Of a stretch of DNA of 64,000 nucleotides, positions 17,454 through 27,250 are shown in pieces. A program made the translations under genes and the position numbers. Source of the stretch: Gammaproteobacteria bacterium (lineage in GTDB: Bacteria; Pseudomonadota; Gammaproteobacteria; Natronospirales; REEB76); NCBI GenBank assembly GCA_036271575.1, contig DATBAJ010000060.1, positions 5,579 to 69,578 of the forward strand, read 5' to 3'. The notes beneath the pieces are model-generated. The model saw nothing but the letters and a program-made list of their open reading frames with translations. It did not search any database and was not told where the DNA came from. Each line of letters starts with the position of its first letter. The stretch's first letter is position 1.

Positions 17454-20102
17454 ATGAAAGCCGACCTGAAGAGTCTGGTCCGTCGTCTCAACCACCAGTG
17501 CACCAAGGCACTGGAGGCGGCTTCGGGCCTGTGCGTGAACCGCAGCCACTACGAAGTGGCGCCCGAGCACCTGTTGCTGCAACTGCTGGAGGACCCCAAG
17601 TCCGATGCGCAGCTGGTGTTGAAGCACTTCGAGATCGATGCAGGCCGCTGGAGCAAGCAGCTGCAGCACGACATCGAGGCGCTGAAGAGCGGCAACCCGG
17701 GACGGCCGGTGTTCTCCACGTCATTGCTGGCGTGGCTGGAGGAAGGCTGGCTGATCTCATCCCTCGACTACGGCCAGTCGCGGGTACGTTCGCTGGCGCT
17801 GATCGCGGCGCTGGCGGACAACCCCGCACGTTACGGCTTCGAGCGGCTCCTGGACCTGGACAAGTTGTCCCGCGAGAAACTCGCGGCGGTGCAGCAGGAC
17901 GTGCTGGCGGTGTCGGACGAGGCCAATGAGCCCCTCGGCACCGCGAGCTTCTCCGGCGCGCCGAGCGCCGCGGGACGCGCCGCGCCGGAGGCGGGCACCG
18001 CGCTTGCCAAGTTCACCACCAACTTCACCAAGCGTGCCCGTGAGGGCAAGATCGATCCGGTGTTCGGCCGTGATCCGGAGATCCGCCAGATCATCGACAT
18101 CCTGGGGCGGCGCCGCAAGAACAATCCGATCGCGGTAGGCGAAGCGGGCGTGGGCAAGACTTCCGTGGTGGAGGGCCTGGCTCTCAAAGTGGTGTCCGGC
18201 GACGTGCCGCCCAGCCTCAAGGACGTGGATATCGTCGGTCTCGATCTCGGCCTCTTGCAGGCCGGCGCCAGCGTCAAGGGCGAGTTCGAGAACCGCCTGA
18301 ACGCCGTGATCAGCGAGATCAAGAGTTCCCAGAAGCCCATCATCCTGTTCATCGATGAAGCGCACACGCTCATCGGCGCCGGCGGTGCCGCGGGCACCGG
18401 CGATGCGGCGAACCTGTTGAAGCCGGCCCTGGCGCGCGGCGAGCTGCGCACCATCGCCGCCACCACCTGGAGCGAGTACCGCAAGTATTTCGAGAAGGAT
18501 CCGGCCCTGGCGCGGCGTTTCCAGCTGGTGAAACTGGATGAGCCCTCGCCGGAGCAGGCGGCGGTGATCCTGCGCGGTATCCGTGATACCTATGAGCAGG
18601 CCCATGGCATCTATATAACCGACGCTGCCATCCTGGCGGCGGCCAACATGTCGGCCCGCTACATCTCCGGAAGGCAGCTGCCGGACAAGGCCGTGGACCT
18701 CCTGGATACCGCCTGCGCGCGGGTCAAGGTGAGCCTGGTCAGCAAGCCGGACAAGCTCGAGGATCAGGAGCGGCGCATCGCGGTGCTGGAGCGCGAACGC
18801 AGCGCCATCGCCCGCGACGTGGACAGCGGCCGCGTCGCCGCACCGGCGCGCCTGAAGGAGATCGAGGCCGAGACCGCGACCCTGCGCACCGAGGTGGCGG
18901 CGCTGGAGAAAGCCTGGGGTCTGGAACGCAAGGCTGTGGACGAAGTGGTGGCCCTGCGCACCAAATTGGGCGCTGCCGCCGAGAAGGAACGGGGCGCTGT
19001 AAATAAAGAATTAGAAGCCGCGCTGAAGAGCCTGCAGACCCTGCAGAAGACGGGTGCCTTGATCAACCACGAGGTGACCGCCGACGTGGTGTCCAAGGTG
19101 ATCTCGGACTGGACCGGCATCCCCATCGGCAACATGGTGAGCGATGAGGCGGCCTCGTTGCTGGCGCTCAACGGCCAACTCAAGGGCTGGGTGCGCGGCC
19201 AGGACCACGCCATGGACGCCATCGACGCGACCATCCGCGCCGCCAAGGCCGGGGTGCAGAACCCCGAGCAGCCCATCGGCATCTTCCTGCTGGTGGGTCC
19301 GAGCGGCGTGGGCAAGACCGAGACCGCTCTCGGCCTCGCCAACTTCCTGTTCGGTGGTGACCGCTTCATGGTCACCATCAACATGTCCGAGTTCCAGGAG
19401 AAGCACGCGGTCTCGCGGCTGATCGGCTCGCCCCCCGGTTACGTGGGTTACGGCGAGGGCGGCATGCTCACGGAAGCGGTGCGCCAGCGCCCCTATTCGG
19501 TGGTGCTGCTGGACGAAGTGGAGAAGGCCCATCCTGAGATCATGAATCTGTTCTATCAGGTGTTCGACAGGGGCATGCTGAGCGACAGCGACGGCCAGCT
19601 CATCGACTTCAAGAACACCGTGATCCTGATGACCTCGAACCTGGCTTCCGACACCATCATGCGGCTCGGGGCTGCGGAGAAACCCGCTTCACCCGAAGCC
19701 ATCGCCGAGGCGATCCGCCCCGACCTGCAGCGCTACTTCAAGCCGGCGCTCCTGGCGCGCATGAAGGTGGTGCCCTACCTGCCACTGCTGGGCGATAACC
19801 TGAAGGGCATCATCCGCATGAAGCTCGACAAGGTGGGCAAGCGCCTCAAGGCCAACCAGGACATGGCCTTCAAGTACAGCGACAAGGTGGTGGACCAGAT
19901 CGCGGCGCGCTGCACCGACCCCGAGTCCGGTGCGCGCAACATCGACCACATAATAAACGGTGCGCTCCTGCCGCTGCTGGCGACGCGCATCCTGGAGCAG
20001 ATAGGTTCGGAGGCGGCTTTCACCGCACTCGAACTGGACATGGATGCCAAGGGGGAATTCCAGCCGAAGTTCACCGCCGGAGGCGCGGCCTCGCCGGCTT
20101 AA
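17454..20102 (+). CDS. tssH: T6SS AAA+ ATPase TssH (ClpV)
   Basis: Two Walker A motifs (GEAGVGKT, GPSGVGKT), 'RRRKNNPI', 'LQAGASVKGEFENRL', T6SS context. Confidence 0.97.
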   Translation: MKADLKSLVRRLNHQCTKALEAASGLCVNRSHYEVAPEHLLLQLLEDPKSDAQLVLKHFEIDAGRWSKQLQHDIEALKSGNPGRPVFSTSLLAWLEEGWLISSLDYGQSRVRSLALIAALADNPARYGFERLLDLDKLSREKLAAVQQDVLAVSDEANEPLGTASFSGAPSAAGRAAPEAGTALAKFTTNFTKRAREGKIDPVFGRDPEIRQIIDILGRRRKNNPIAVGEAGVGKTSVVEGLALKVVSGDVPPSLKDVDIVGLDLGLLQAGASVKGEFENRLNAVISEIKSSQKPIILFIDEAHTLIGAGGAAGTGDAANLLKPALARGELRTIAATTWSEYRKYFEKDPALARRFQLVKLDEPSPEQAAVILRGIRDTYEQAHGIYITDAAILAAANMSARYISGRQLPDKAVDLLDTACARVKVSLVSKPDKLEDQERRIAVLERERSAIARDVDSGRVAAPARLKEIEAETATLRTEVAALEKAWGLERKAVDEVVALRTKLGAAAEKERGAVNKELEAALKSLQTLQKTGALINHEVTADVVSKVISDWTGIPIGNMVSDEAASLLALNGQLKGWVRGQDHAMDAIDATIRAAKAGVQNPEQPIGIFLLVGPSGVGKTETALGLANFLFGGDRFMVTINMSEFQEKHAVSRLIGSPPGYVGYGEGGMLTEAVRQRPYSVVLLDEVEKAHPEIMNLFYQVFDRGMLSDSDGQLIDFKNTVILMTSNLASDTIMRLGAAEKPASPEAIAEAIRPDLQRYFKPALLARMKVVPYLPLLGDNLKGIIRMKLDKVGKRLKANQDMAFKYSDKVVDQIAARCTDPESGARNIDHIINGALLPLLATRILEQIGSEAAFTALELDMDAKGEFQPKFTAGGAASPA

Positions 20103-20196
20103 AGGGATCGTCCCTGGGGTCTGCAGCTCCTAAGGAGCTCCAGCCGCTTGGGATGTCGTCACATCACGTTTCAGGAAAAACACGAAGGAGTAGCTC

Positions 20197-20715
20197 ATGC
20201 CAGTTCCTGCATATATGAAGATCGAGGGCGTCACCCAGGGCAACATCACCGAGGGTGCGAACTCCGAGGAGAGCGTCGGCAACATCTACCAGGAAGAGCA
20301 TGCCGACGAGATCCTGGTCCAGGCCTTCAAGCACGACATCAGCATCCCGCGCGACCCGCAGAGCGGCCAGCCCACCGGTACCCGCGTGCACCATCCCATG
20401 GTCATCACCAAGATCTTCGACAAGTCCTCGCCGCTCCTGTACCAGGCGCTGGTGACGGGCGAGCGTCTGACGGTGACCGTGGAGTGGTACCGCACCTCTC
20501 CGGAAGGCACCGACGAGCAGTACTTCACCATGGCCCTCGAGGACGCGGTGATCGTGGACATGAACGCCTACATGCCCAACTGCCAGGACCCCGCCAATGC
20601 GCACTTCACGCATCTGGAGGACGTGTCCTTCACGTACCGCAAGATCACCTGGACGCACAACGTCGCGGGCACCGAGGGTAGCGACGACTGGCGCACCCGC
20701 GGCAGCAAGGGTTGA
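20197..20715 (+). CDS. hcp: T6SS tube protein Hcp (Vibrio/Pseudomonas H2-like type)
   Basis: 'MPVPAYM.IEG.TQGNIT.GA...ESVGNIYQE.H.DE','PRDPQSGQPTG.RVH','DKSSPLL','FTYRKITW.H'. Confidence 0.97.
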   Translation: MPVPAYMKIEGVTQGNITEGANSEESVGNIYQEEHADEILVQAFKHDISIPRDPQSGQPTGTRVHHPMVITKIFDKSSPLLYQALVTGERLTVTVEWYRTSPEGTDEQYFTMALEDAVIVDMNAYMPNCQDPANAHFTHLEDVSFTYRKITWTHNVAGTEGSDDWRTRGSKG

Positions 20716-20762
20716 GATGGCGGGCCCCGGCGCGGCGACGCGCCTGGGCCGAGTACAGCGCG

Positions 20763-20796
20763 CGGCGGTCATGGGCTTCACGGCCCATGACCGCCG
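20763..20796 (+). other. Perfect 14-bp stem-loop downstream of hcp
   Basis: CGGCGGTCATGGGC-TTCACG-GCCCATGACCGCCG, no U-tract. Confidence 0.7.
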
Positions 20797-20852
20797 GTCG
20801 TGCGCGTATCTATATATGAGGAGCTTGGATGAGGATGGCTGGGTCAAGACAT

Positions 20853-21620
20853 ATGCGGCGCTTGAATGCGGCTCTGGGCGCCTTGGGCCTGGGCTTGCTG
20901 CTTGGGTCCTGCACCTCGGCGCCGCCGCAGCTCACGGTGCAGCCGGACGGCTGGACCTACGGTCCGCGGCTGGTGACGCTGCAACTGGAGGCGGCCGAGG
21001 CGCTCAACCTGGACAGCGGCCAGGCGCATGCGCTGTCGATCGGCATCTTCCAGCTCTCGGACCCGGCGGTGTTCGGCACGGCGACCGCGAGTCCCGCCGG
21101 CGCATCGAAGTTCCTGGACCAGGGCGCGGATGCGGATGCCAGCGTCGTGGATTTCGACCGGGTGGTGCTACAGCCCGGCGAGAAACGCACCGTGTACCTG
21201 AACCGCGCCGCCAACTCCCAGTACGTCGGCATCGTGGCGGGCTATTACCAGCTCGTCGTGCTGCAGGACGTGGCGCTGTTCAACATCCCGGTGATCCCCA
21301 AGCCCGTGGGCTGGGTGACCAAGGGCATGATGGCGGTGGGCTTGCAGGGCGCCGACACCGACGGTATCCCGGGCCCGCTGGCCTTGAGCGTCGGCTTCGG
21401 CCCGGATCAGGTGGCGCGCTTCGCCTCGGATACCGCAGGTAGCGCGCGGATCTTCGCCGCCAAAGGCGGCAAGGGTGGCGGCGGTGCGGCCGCCGGTGGC
21501 AAGGGCGGTGGCGGCGGCGGTGCCAAGTCGGGCGGGAAGATGCCCAGCCTGCCCACCAGCCTGCCGAGCATGCCCAAGGCGCCGTCCAGTTCGGGCGGCG
21601 GGAGCAGCAGTGGTGGTTGA
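20853..21620 (+). CDS. tssJ: T6SS lipoprotein TssJ with Gly/Lys/Ser-rich tail
   Basis: Lipobox 'LLLGSC','LNLDSGQAHAL.I.IFQLSD','LQPGEKR','YVGIVAGYY'; precedes tssK. Confidence 0.85.
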   Translation: MRRLNAALGALGLGLLLGSCTSAPPQLTVQPDGWTYGPRLVTLQLEAAEALNLDSGQAHALSIGIFQLSDPAVFGTATASPAGASKFLDQGADADASVVDFDRVVLQPGEKRTVYLNRAANSQYVGIVAGYYQLVVLQDVALFNIPVIPKPVGWVTKGMMAVGLQGADTDGIPGPLALSVGFGPDQVARFASDTAGSARIFAAKGGKGGGGAAAGGKGGGGGGAKSGGKMPSLPTSLPSMPKAPSSSGGGSSSGG

Positions 21621-21659
21621 GATGAGATTCACAGTGTCGAACGATGGAGAGGTAGCGTC

Positions 21660-23045
21660 GTGACCCAGTACCGACCGTTATTCTGGCATCAGGGCTTGTT
21701 CCTGCAGCCACAGCATTTCCAGCTCAACGACCTGTACCAGCAGGAACGGCTGATGCCCTTCCAGCGCTACCTGCACCCGCACTTCTGGGGTGTGGCACGC
21801 ATGGCGCTGCAGACCTCGGCGCTGGCCAACGGCGTGTGCGAAGTGCAGGACGCCGAGTTCCTGTTCCCGGACGGCAGCTTCGTCAGCGTGCCCGGCAACG
21901 GCGTGATGCTGGCGCGCAGCTTCGATCCGGCGGCCATCACCCTCGACAAGCCCTTCACCATCTATGCAGGCCTGCGCAAATGGCGCTCCCATGAGAGCAA
22001 CGTGACCGTGGTGCCGGACCTGACCCAGGTCGCGGGCGTGACCACCCGTTACGTGAGCCCGGCCCAGCCCGAGGATGTGCCGGACGTGTACCAGGAAGGC
22101 CCCGAGGCCAAGGTCCGCTCGCTGTATCACGTGGTGCGGCTCCTGTGGGACGGCGAGCAGGATGAGCTGGTGGACCATGAACTGATCCCCATCGCGCGCC
22201 TGGTGCGCGACGGCGATAGCCTCAAACCAGCGCCGGATTTCATACCGCCGGTGCTTAGCCTGGAGAGTTCGGCGGAACTGTATCGCCTGGTGCGCGACAT
22301 GCGCGACGAGTTCACCAGCCGCGCGCTGCAGATCGAGGTGTACAAGACCCCGGTGCACGGCGAGTCGGACTTCGATCCGGCGCTGCTGCGCTACAAGCTG
22401 GCCTTGCGCACCCTGGCGCGCTACGTGCCGCTCTTGATGCACTACAGCGAGACGCCCTCGGCCCATCCCTGGGACCTGTACGGGTTATTGCGTTCCTTCG
22501 CCGGCGAACTCAGCACCTTCGGCATGCGCCTCAACCTCCTGGGCGAGGACGCGCAGGGCAACCGGCAGATACCGGCCTACGACCACCAGAAGCTGGGCGC
22601 CTGCTTCGAGCGGCTGCGCCGGCTGATCGTCGAACTCCTGAACGAGATCACCATCGCACCGCAGTTCAAGGTGGACATGCAGTTCGACGGCACCGCCCAT
22701 ACGGCGATGATCCCGCCGCGCTTCCTGGAGGAGCCGAACGACTATTACCTGGTGTTCAACCTGCGCACGCCCATCGAGCAGCACCTGGATACCATCGCCA
22801 CCGCCGCCAAGCTCGGCGCGCGCAACACCGTGGAGTCCCTGGTGGAACGCTCGCTACCAGGCATCGCGTTCCGCTACACCCAGGTGCCGCCGCCCGGCCT
22901 GCCGCGCCGCTCCAACACCCACTACATGCGCATCGACACCCGCGACAGCCAGTGGCCGGACGTGGAGCGCAGCCGTGAGCTGGGCTTCGTCTGGAAGGAT
23001 GCGCCGGAAGACCTGCGCATGGAGCTGGTGGTGCTGAGGAGATGA
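21660..23045 (+). CDS. tssK: T6SS baseplate TssK
   Basis: 'LFWHQGLFLQPQHFQ','FWGV','FPDGS','DFIPP','YDH','LPGI'. Confidence 0.95.
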   Translation: MTQYRPLFWHQGLFLQPQHFQLNDLYQQERLMPFQRYLHPHFWGVARMALQTSALANGVCEVQDAEFLFPDGSFVSVPGNGVMLARSFDPAAITLDKPFTIYAGLRKWRSHESNVTVVPDLTQVAGVTTRYVSPAQPEDVPDVYQEGPEAKVRSLYHVVRLLWDGEQDELVDHELIPIARLVRDGDSLKPAPDFIPPVLSLESSAELYRLVRDMRDEFTSRALQIEVYKTPVHGESDFDPALLRYKLALRTLARYVPLLMHYSETPSAHPWDLYGLLRSFAGELSTFGMRLNLLGEDAQGNRQIPAYDHQKLGACFERLRRLIVELLNEITIAPQFKVDMQFDGTAHTAMIPPRFLEEPNDYYLVFNLRTPIEQHLDTIATAAKLGARNTVESLVERSLPGIAFRYTQVPPPGLPRRSNTHYMRIDTRDSQWPDVERSRELGFVWKDAPEDLRMELVVLRR

Positions 23046-23049
23046 GCGG

Positions 23050-23724
23050 GTGCGACTGATCGACTGCTACGCGGAGTTCCTCATCAAGTTGCACGGCCGG
23101 TTCGCACCCGGCGGCGACGTGGCCGGGCTCGCCTATGAGACCCAGCGCGCCGAGATCGCCGCCAAGCTCAAGGCCTGCGACCGCCGCGCCCAGGAAGCCG
23201 ACATCGCGGCGACCGCGCGCGATGCGGCCAGCTTCGCCGCCATGGCCTACGTGGACGAGCTGGTGCTGTGCTCGGACTGGGCGGAGAAACCGCGCTGGCA
23301 GGCGATGCCCCTGCAACGCGAGTACTACCGCACCACCAACGCCGGCGCGGAGTTCTATACCCGCCTGGAGAAGCTGGGCGAGGACGCACCGGGCCGTGCC
23401 GCGCGCGAACTCTATTACCTGTGCATGGCCTTGGGCTTCAGGGGCAGGTATTTCAGCGACCAGCGTTTCGCCGAGTTCACCGCGGTCAAGCGCGCCAACC
23501 TGCGCCTGCTCTTGCCGGACAGCGATGGCCTGGACCTGCAGGCGGTGACCTTGTTCCCGGAGGCCTATTCCAACGCCCGTGCCGGCGGCAGCGGCCTCTC
23601 CGGCCGCTGGAACGTGTTGCCCTGGGTGTTTGCAGGCCCGGTGCTGCTGCTCCTGGTGGTGGTGCTGCTCTATCACCACTACATCGCCGACACCCTGACG
23701 GGCATCCAGGCGCTCCTGAGATGA
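23050..23724 (+). CDS. tssL: T6SS TssL (DotU), single C-terminal TM, no OmpA domain
   Basis: 'AYVDELVL','PLQ..YY.TTNAGAEFY.RL','YYLCMALGFRGRY'. Confidence 0.95.
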   Translation: MRLIDCYAEFLIKLHGRFAPGGDVAGLAYETQRAEIAAKLKACDRRAQEADIAATARDAASFAAMAYVDELVLCSDWAEKPRWQAMPLQREYYRTTNAGAEFYTRLEKLGEDAPGRAARELYYLCMALGFRGRYFSDQRFAEFTAVKRANLRLLLPDSDGLDLQAVTLFPEAYSNARAGGSGLSGRWNVLPWVFAGPVLLLLVVVLLYHHYIADTLTGIQALLR

Positions 23725-23734
23725 CGGGCCCGCG

Positions 23735-26700
23735 ATGCTGAAATCCATCCTCAAGTTCCTGCTGTGGCTGCTGGTGGTGGTGCTGGTCTGCGCCGCCGTC
23801 ATCGGCTTCTATATATATAAGGACTGGCCGGTGAGCCATGCCCTGCTGTGGCTGGCGGGCCTGGCGCTGGCCTGCGTGGTGTTCCTGGTCATCCGTCGCA
23901 TCGTGATACGGCGTCGCGCCAAGAAGCAGGTGCAGAAGCTCATCAGCGAGGAGCAGGTGCGGCGCGAAGGCGGCCTCACCTGGTCGCCGCGGGCGCTGCG
24001 CCGCGACCTGAAGCTGCGCTGGCAGGGCGGCATCAAGGCCCTCAAGCGCTCGCGCCTGCGGCTCTTGGGCGATCCCTTGTACGTGCTGCCCTGGTTCGTG
24101 GTCATGGGCCGCTCCAGCTCCGGCAAGAGCACCGCGGTCAAGAACGCCTATCTGCTGTCGCCGATCCTGGACATGCCGGAGCGGCAGGCGGGTTCGACCC
24201 GCAACCTGGATTGGTGGATGTATGAGGAAGCGGTGGTCATCGACACCGCCGGACGCTATGCGGTGCCCGAGGACGTGTCCCGTGACCGCAGCGAGTGGGA
24301 TCAGCTGTTGGCGCTCTTGTCGCGCCGCAAGCAGAAGGAACCGCTCAACGGCATCCTGGTGGTGGTGGGTGCCGACCGGCTGCTGAGCGCCAGCGCCGAT
24401 GACCTGCTGGAGGAAGGGCGCCAGGTGCGCACCAGCCTGGGGCATCTGATGAACACCCTGGCGGCGCAGGTGCCGGTGTACCTGCTTGTGACCAAGTGCG
24501 ACCTGATCGAGGGGTTCACGCCGTTCTGCGAGTCCTTGCCGCAGGAGAGCTGGCGCCAGGTGATGGGCGCGCTCAACGGCAAACCGGGCGCCGACGTGAT
24601 GCTGGCTCTCGACGAATGCCTGGACAAGCTCAACACGCGCCTGAAAGACCTGCGCCTCCTGCTGGTGGAGCGCACCCAGAATCCCTCCATCGAGATGATG
24701 TTCTTCCCGGACGCCTTGTATAAATTGCGCGACGGCCTGCGTCACTTCACCGACGGCGCGCTGCGCGGCAGCCCTTATCTCGAGACCCCGCATTTCCGCG
24801 GCCTGTTCCTGTCCTCCAGCCAACAGGTGGAGACCGATGAACACGGCAGGGAACTGCATGACCGCGGCCTGTTCCTGCACGATCTGTTCACCAAGGTGAT
24901 GCCGGCGGACCGGGGCCTGCTGGTGACGCTGCCGGCCGCGGAACGGGTGCGCCGGGCGCTGCATCACTATTGGCTGGGGATAGCCGGCGGCCTGCTGTTC
25001 GCCGCGGCGCTGGTCACGAGCTTCCTGTTCCTGCACGACTACCATGCGCTGCACGTGATCGACGGCGGCCTGACGAAGGTCAACTTCGCGCCCGGCGACG
25101 TGAACCAGGACGTGCTGGCCCTGGCGCAGGTGGACGCCACGCTCAACGACCTGGAAGCGGCGCACGACGGCTGGCTGTTCCCCTGGTACGCGGGTCTCGA
25201 GCCGCCGCAGCTGGATGCCATCAGCGGCGGCTTCGTGCAGCGTTTCGACCAGGGCGTGATCGAGGACATGGACCGCCGCCTGAAGAACCGCCTGGCGCTC
25301 ATCAGCCCGGGGGATCCCGCGGTGCAAGTGCTGGCAGAGGGCCTGGCGCGCCGCAGCCTGATCCTGCAGGCGCGTCTCGACGACGCGGATGCCGATGACC
25401 TGCACCAGCTCGCGCCGGTGCCGACGGCTTACTGGCAGGAACTGCAGCCTGAGCTCACGGCCCAATCCGGCGATGCGCTGCAGGCCCTGTATCCGGAATA
25501 CGTCTCCTATGACGGGGACGATGCCGCCATCCAGCGCGAGCAGGCGGTGGTGCGCGATGCGCTGGTGGAACTGCTGCAGAAGACCACCGGCGACTACGCC
25601 TGGTTGCTGAACCTCGCCAACCATGCGCCGGGCCTGAACCCGGTCGCGCTGGATGACTTCTGGAGCGGCACCCATCCCCTGGCGGACCCGCCCTCGGTGC
25701 AGCCGGCCTACACCGCCGCAGGTTTCAAGATCATCAAGGACTTCACCGACGAGATGCAGAAGGCCTCGGGCGGCAGCCAGAGCGGCCCGGTGCAGGACTA
25801 CATGGACAAGTTCTACGACTATTACCAGGGCGCCTACGTGGATGCCTGGACCCAGTTCGCCTCGCGTTTCGATGAGGGCAAGGACACGCTGGCGGACCGC
25901 TCCCAGTGGCTGGCCGTGGTGGGCAACCTGGCCCAGTCAGATCCGTACACCAAGCTCCTCGGCAGGATGCACGACGAGCTCGCGGTGCTGGATGAGGACG
26001 CGGCGGAACTGAAGACCTCGGTGGACTACTACCAGGAGGCGGCGACCTTCGCGCCGGCTTCCAGCACCAAACTCCCCGCGGCCAGCGGCGGTTTCGGCAA
26101 GGCGCTGGCGGGCTACGGCACCGGCATCCTGACGGGCTTGAGCAAGGAGGCCAAGGAGATCAACGGCCAGGTGAAGGCGATCCAGAAGCTCAACAAGAAA
26201 CCCAAGGTGAAGCGCGGCAAACCGAAGAAGGACCTGGAGACCGCGCTCGGGGATGCGGCCAAGGCCAACCAGGACTATGAGAAGGCGCTGACCCTGCTCG
26301 CGTTCAACTCCGACAACGCCAGCGAGTCCTATGCCAACATCTCGGCGCTCTATACCAACCCGGACAAGGTAGCGGGCAGCGGTACCGCCGGCGGCAATGG
26401 CTGGGCCGCGGTGCAGGCGCTGCAGCTCGTCATGGGCAAGCCCGCGCCCGAGACCCAGGCCTTCTGGACCGTGTACACAGGTCCCTTGCGCATGCTCTAC
26501 CAGTTCATGGCGCAGGACACCGCCTGCTATCTGAACCAGCAATGGAGCGGCCAGGTGCTGACCCAGACCGAGGGCGTGGACGAATCCAAGCTCCCGGAGC
26601 TGTTGATCGGCAAGAGCGGCCTGGTGTGGGGTTTCGTCGGCAAGACCGCCGCGCCGTTCCTGAGCAACAAGTATCAGGCGGGTTACACCCCGGTACGGGT

Positions 26701-27229
26701 GGACGACCAGGCGATCCCGTTCGATTCGGGCTTCATCAGCTATCTGAACCATGCGCTGGAGGGCACGCAGCTCGTGTCCACGCCGCAGGCAGTGACGGTC
26801 TCGGCCTTGCCCACCAACGTGAACACCGGCGCGAAGCTCCTGCCCTCCGACATCATGCTCACCCTGCAGTGCTCGAACGGCATGCAGGAACTGGACAACT
26901 ACAACGCCAAGGCCACCCAGACATTCAATTGGTCGGTGGGCAGCTGCGGCGACGCGGTGGTGCGGATCTTCATCGGTCCCTTGGTGCTGACGCGGGTGTA
27001 TTCCGGCTTGAAGGGTTTCCCGCAGTTCCTGGAGGACTTCAAGGACGGCGAGCACCTGTACAGCGCCGACGACTTCCCGGATTCGCGCGAGGAGCTCGCC
27101 CATGAGGGCGTCACCGCCATCCGCGTGCGCTATGCCTTCAGCGGTCAGAAGCCGGTGATATCGGCGCTGAAGGCGATCCCCCTGCAGACGCCGCTGGAAC
27201 TGGCGCGCTGCTGGACGGACGGGGGTTGA
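23735..27229 (+). CDS. tssM: T6SS TssM (IcmF)
   Basis: N-terminal TMs,'LYVLPWF','GRSSSGKST' Walker A,'IDTAGRY','PLNGI','PVYLLVTKCDL','FRGLFLSS'. Confidence 0.93.
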   Translation: MLKSILKFLLWLLVVVLVCAAVIGFYIYKDWPVSHALLWLAGLALACVVFLVIRRIVIRRRAKKQVQKLISEEQVRREGGLTWSPRALRRDLKLRWQGGIKALKRSRLRLLGDPLYVLPWFVVMGRSSSGKSTAVKNAYLLSPILDMPERQAGSTRNLDWWMYEEAVVIDTAGRYAVPEDVSRDRSEWDQLLALLSRRKQKEPLNGILVVVGADRLLSASADDLLEEGRQVRTSLGHLMNTLAAQVPVYLLVTKCDLIEGFTPFCESLPQESWRQVMGALNGKPGADVMLALDECLDKLNTRLKDLRLLLVERTQNPSIEMMFFPDALYKLRDGLRHFTDGALRGSPYLETPHFRGLFLSSSQQVETDEHGRELHDRGLFLHDLFTKVMPADRGLLVTLPAAERVRRALHHYWLGIAGGLLFAAALVTSFLFLHDYHALHVIDGGLTKVNFAPGDVNQDVLALAQVDATLNDLEAAHDGWLFPWYAGLEPPQLDAISGGFVQRFDQGVIEDMDRRLKNRLALISPGDPAVQVLAEGLARRSLILQARLDDADADDLHQLAPVPTAYWQELQPELTAQSGDALQALYPEYVSYDGDDAAIQREQAVVRDALVELLQKTTGDYAWLLNLANHAPGLNPVALDDFWSGTHPLADPPSVQPAYTAAGFKIIKDFTDEMQKASGGSQSGPVQDYMDKFYDYYQGAYVDAWTQFASRFDEGKDTLADRSQWLAVVGNLAQSDPYTKLLGRMHDELAVLDEDAAELKTSVDYYQEAATFAPASSTKLPAASGGFGKALAGYGTGILTGLSKEAKEINGQVKAIQKLNKKPKVKRGKPKKDLETALGDAAKANQDYEKALTLLAFNSDNASESYANISALYTNPDKVAGSGTAGGNGWAAVQALQLVMGKPAPETQAFWTVYTGPLRMLYQFMAQDTACYLNQQWSGQVLTQTEGVDESKLPELLIGKSGLVWGFVGKTAAPFLSNKYQAGYTPVRVDDQAIPFDSGFISYLNHALEGTQLVSTPQAVTVSALPTNVNTGAKLLPSDIMLTLQCSNGMQELDNYNAKATQTFNWSVGSCGDAVVRIFIGPLVLTRVYSGLKGFPQFLEDFKDGEHLYSADDFPDSREELAHEGVTAIRVRYAFSGQKPVISALKAIPLQTPLELARCWTDGG

Positions 27230-27250
27230 TCGTCATGGAGGACCGCCACC

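Noticed and set aside
20103..20196. Several GGA motifs in the hcp1 leader as CsrA/RsmA sites
   Set aside because: Main GGA lies in a stem or is the RBS; not distinguishable from chance by eye.
23486..25675. Long antisense ORFs (this 729 aa; also 15296-17242, 37057-38589, 58393-60435, 53800-55263)
   Set aside because: Shadow frames of well-supported genes in high-GC DNA, with no recognisable motifs.
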